A stretch of DNA of 63,987 nucleotides, filler included, from Conidiobolus incongruus B7586 (Eukaryota), in assembly GCA_000697335.1 (NCBI GenBank). It is 6 parts of 6 records of this genome, joined end to end, with 100 filler letters (N's around TTAATTAATTAA, not from the genome) between each part and the next. Parts side by side here need not be neighbours in the genome. Positions count along the whole stretch, not along the records: positions 53,973 to 63,987 come from JNEM01000133.1; 5 more parts are not named here. The stretch is one strand, 5' to 3'. The position numbers and the translations under genes were made by a program. A model generated the notes under the pieces. The model saw only the letters and a program-made list of their open reading frames with translations, did no database searches and was not told the DNA's origin. Positions 60,484 through 63,987 of this stretch are shown here, one piece after another; within the stretch, counting starts at the first letter, position 1, and each line of letters begins with the position of its first letter.

Positions 60484-63400
60484 TTTAAAACAACTTGTGA
60501 TTCGATCCAACTTTACAAAATACACTTTTATTTAATATATTACCAAAATATATCAATATATTAATTAATCCTAATAAACAAATGATTTAAGGATTAAAAT
60601 TTCAACAAATAATTAATTAAATATATTTTTATTTTTTATATTTTTAACACATTTAAAAAGAGAAAAGAAAAATTACTGGCATTTGAGTCTTTGAATAGTT
60701 TTTATATATGAATGGATTAAAATTCAATTATCCATGAAATATATCTAAGTTTTAATTCAATTTTATTCCAACATGTTAAATTTAGAACTTTTGAGTCAAT
60801 TGGAGTCGAACTCATTGAATTACCCAAAAACTCATAAAATTTTCCAGGTAACAGTAACAAAAAACTTGAAGCTCTTGAACAACTAGCAAGAAATAACAAT
60901 TCTAGAAAAATGATGGCTTGATATATAAATTCTCTCATAAGAGTTTATTAGCAAATAACTCTTCCATATTAATAAATACTTGGCGTAACTTAAATTTATT
61001 GCTTGACTTCCTAAAACTTGTTAAATTTTCTTAATCCTTTGATTTAAAGCCTGATTTTATCAATGCTTGACCAAAAAGGTACTTTCTGCTCTTAAGATCA
61101 ATGCTATTTTACACTTCATTTTTGATATAAAATATAAAATATAAAAAATATCAATATAAATTAACACTTCTGATAATATTTAATCAATATTAAATCATTC
61201 ATTAACCTTATTTGATCTAGTAATATTTAATTAAAAACAATCTTGAACTAAGTTATCAATTAAAATAACTCACAATCACCAAAAATTTATCTCAATTTAA
61301 ATAAAATCTATTAATAGAGCTAAAAAATTATTTAATTAGTTAAATTAAATATCTAATATTAAAGGTGGATTATAATTCAAACTATTTAAAAATATTGATT
61401 AATCGGCAAAATAAATTTTGAATTACTTAACTTTTTTTATGTTTGAAAATAATTAATTGAATATAATATATTCATTTTATTTTTCTATTTTTCGGATATT
61501 TGAATAAATTTCATTTGAAAATTTTATTTAATGCCTGGTGTGACATCATTAATACCTCAGATTCATTGGTATTTGTTCTATTTATAAACTTGGTATATTG
61601 AGTAATATGTTATTACATTTAAAAATCAGATTGATTGATTTTGCGATAACCTAATACATTATTTAGTATAAAATACTATAATTTCTTTTATGTTTTGCAT
61701 GTTGTCAGCTTGGATAACCTTGATTAATATTGTGTTTTAATCTTCATAAAAAATATTTAATATATTTGAAAAATTGTAAATCCGAAAATTTTATTTATAT
61801 GTATTCAGTCAAATATTTTTATCAATACCATACGATTATTTATATTTCTTAGCAATCTGTACATGGTCAAAACCTGAAAACTTTGTATTTATTAATATAT
61901 GGTCAACTTGTAAGTCATAACAAATATTACCTCTTGAAATATTTTAGCTATCTTCAAAATACAACATTACCTGTGTTAATATAAAACTAGCATAAACTTA
62001 CATTTATTAATCACAGTGACTCACTTTTGAATTGTACCCAAATTTCTACAATGGCATTTACTAAGGATAATAACATTTTCGAAAGTAATAAGATTAGACA
62101 TGTATTAAATACATAGTGTGGCAAGTCATTGCATTATAGGCATCAACCACTGAACTTCAAATTTCAAAAAATAAACATAAAATTAAATATATGAACCTTA
62201 AAAATTGCATGTAAAATGAAATTGCATCAAAATTGCTATTATAATACTTTAATCATTCATATATCGGCACCCTAGAATCATAAAATTCATTAACAATAAT
62301 AATTGTTGAATAATTAATTGTATTTTATGATATTCATCTCGATAAGTGATTTAAAAAAATTATTTTTACTCTTTTAAAAAATAATTATAATAAGTATTTA
62401 ATTGCACATATTAATAAACATAAAATATTTAATAGCATCAAACCAGTTAGCACTTAATATAGTCACTACATTAACAAATATTGATCATTTGAAGCTATAT
62501 TTCATTAAAGGCTAAGATTATCTTAATCAATTTCAAAGTTTAGAATCTTAATCCATTATTCAAAATATATTTATCATTATTATTTTGTATACTTAATATT
62601 TTTGGTATATTATATTATTTATATTGGATTATTAATATAACTTATATTTTATACTATTTTTCTATATTATTAGGTAAAATGAATTCTCTATTTTATTTCA
62701 AAATTTGAAAAATTATAAATATTTAATCTTAAAACAATATTCAACTGAGATTATAGTCAATTTGATTTTGAATTAAATATTTTTATATAGTATTGTATAG
62801 TGTATTAATTAAATTATTTCCATTTATCATTTATCAGATTATTATTCATTATGTTATTCTAATGATTTAATTGATTAAAATTATCACTAGTTTAAAAATC
62901 AAGTAATACCAAACCTTTAAAATTTAATATTCTACTTTGAGTGAAGGTTTTAATTTAGCACGCTGTTAAAATCTTTCAACTATTATTGATTTTAAAATTA
63001 ATATAATTCTAATATTTATTCAATTTTTTAAATTCAAAAAAACTTTTTGAATACCTTATTAAACTTCAATTGGATTGATTTGAAATCCGAATGATGAAAT
63101 ATATTTAAGATAATTAAGTTTCATATAAGTTGAATTTTGAAACATAGCAATATTTGGACTATATAATTTCCAGCATTGAAATTATAATAATATTTATACT
63201 AATTCTGAATTTATTCTTGTTTTTAATGAATTTTTAAATTGAAATATGAGTAATTTTTTAATTTTGAAACTTAAATATTAAAGTTATATCTATTTTAGTG
63301 TTAATAGAAAAAATGTATATTATATATATCATAGTTTTTTATTACCTGATATATTAAATTAATAATAATTCATAATCATATTACTATTCCACTAAAACTT

Positions 63401-63987
63401 ATGTCATAATAATATGAAATTAATTAAATGATTAGAGATTATTAATTATAGAAATTTTGGATAATAAATATATAAATATAAATCCTTAATATACTTAAAT
63501 GAGTCAAGATTATAAAAGCAACATTTATTATAATCTAATCTATATCTCATATATAAATTATATATTTTTATTTATTGACAAAATAGTATTGGTTTAAAAT
63601 GGATAGTTTTAGTTATATATATTCTTCAGATTTAGATTAAAACTCTGATGAATAATATATATTTTACTTTATATTTTGTTCATAAAAAATTAATCTTTAA
63701 TTCCTATTTAAATATTAAATTTAATATAATATACATAATTTTTAATTGTATTTATTTTGAAAAATATAAATAAATTAAGTTTATTTTTATGTTATATTTA
63801 TAAAATTATTAAATTTATAATATATTAAATTATTTCTATATAATAAGTTATAATTGCACTATAACTATGATTTTTTATAATTTCTAAAAATAAATTTTAT
63901 AAAATATAAAACTTAAAAATTTAAATGAAATATTATCTTCAATATTAACCAAACTAATATTGAAAATTTATTTATTAATAAAATATT

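Noticed and set aside
1..63987. CRISPR arrays, rRNA, intact transposons or prokaryotic operons
   Set aside because: No regularly spaced repeats, rRNA motifs, or RT/transposase ORFs were seen, and the genes have spliceosomal introns.

Overview
Very AT-rich eukaryotic nuclear DNA in the standard code, with short (about 45-70 nt) GT-AG introns. The gene content looks fungal. Low GC, tandem trypsins and a rhodopsin-like 7TM gene suggest an early-diverging lineage such as Entomophthoromycotina; this is inference only. Five identical 100-bp assembly spacers (44 N + TTAATTAATTAA + 44 N) break the window, so adjacency across them is not guaranteed. I reconstruct 16 apparently intact protein genes, several of them spliced and missed or split by the ORF track: G-protein alpha, PIS1, C1D/Rrp47, a Nab2-type CCCH protein, two SDRs, COA4, an Rrg8-like protein, HTD2, PHO85, a 7TM receptor, a PLAc phospholipase, two tandem trypsins, an Amt/Mep transporter and a large arrestin-domain protein. 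There is also one tRNA-Ser(CGA), two clear pseudogenes (ALKBH8-like, SCP2) and a probable tRNA relic. Three observations stand out. (1) An exact 11-mer, TCCCATAATTT, lies in sense orientation 66-101 nt upstream of four housekeeping genes and is a candidate lineage-specific promoter element. (2) A pair of catalytically intact trypsin zymogens has no signal peptide. (3) The phospholipase has a mitochondrial-type leader, a stop-free 60-nt intron and internal repeats. I found no convincing multi-gene novel system. All family assignments are motif recognition by eye, not database searches.
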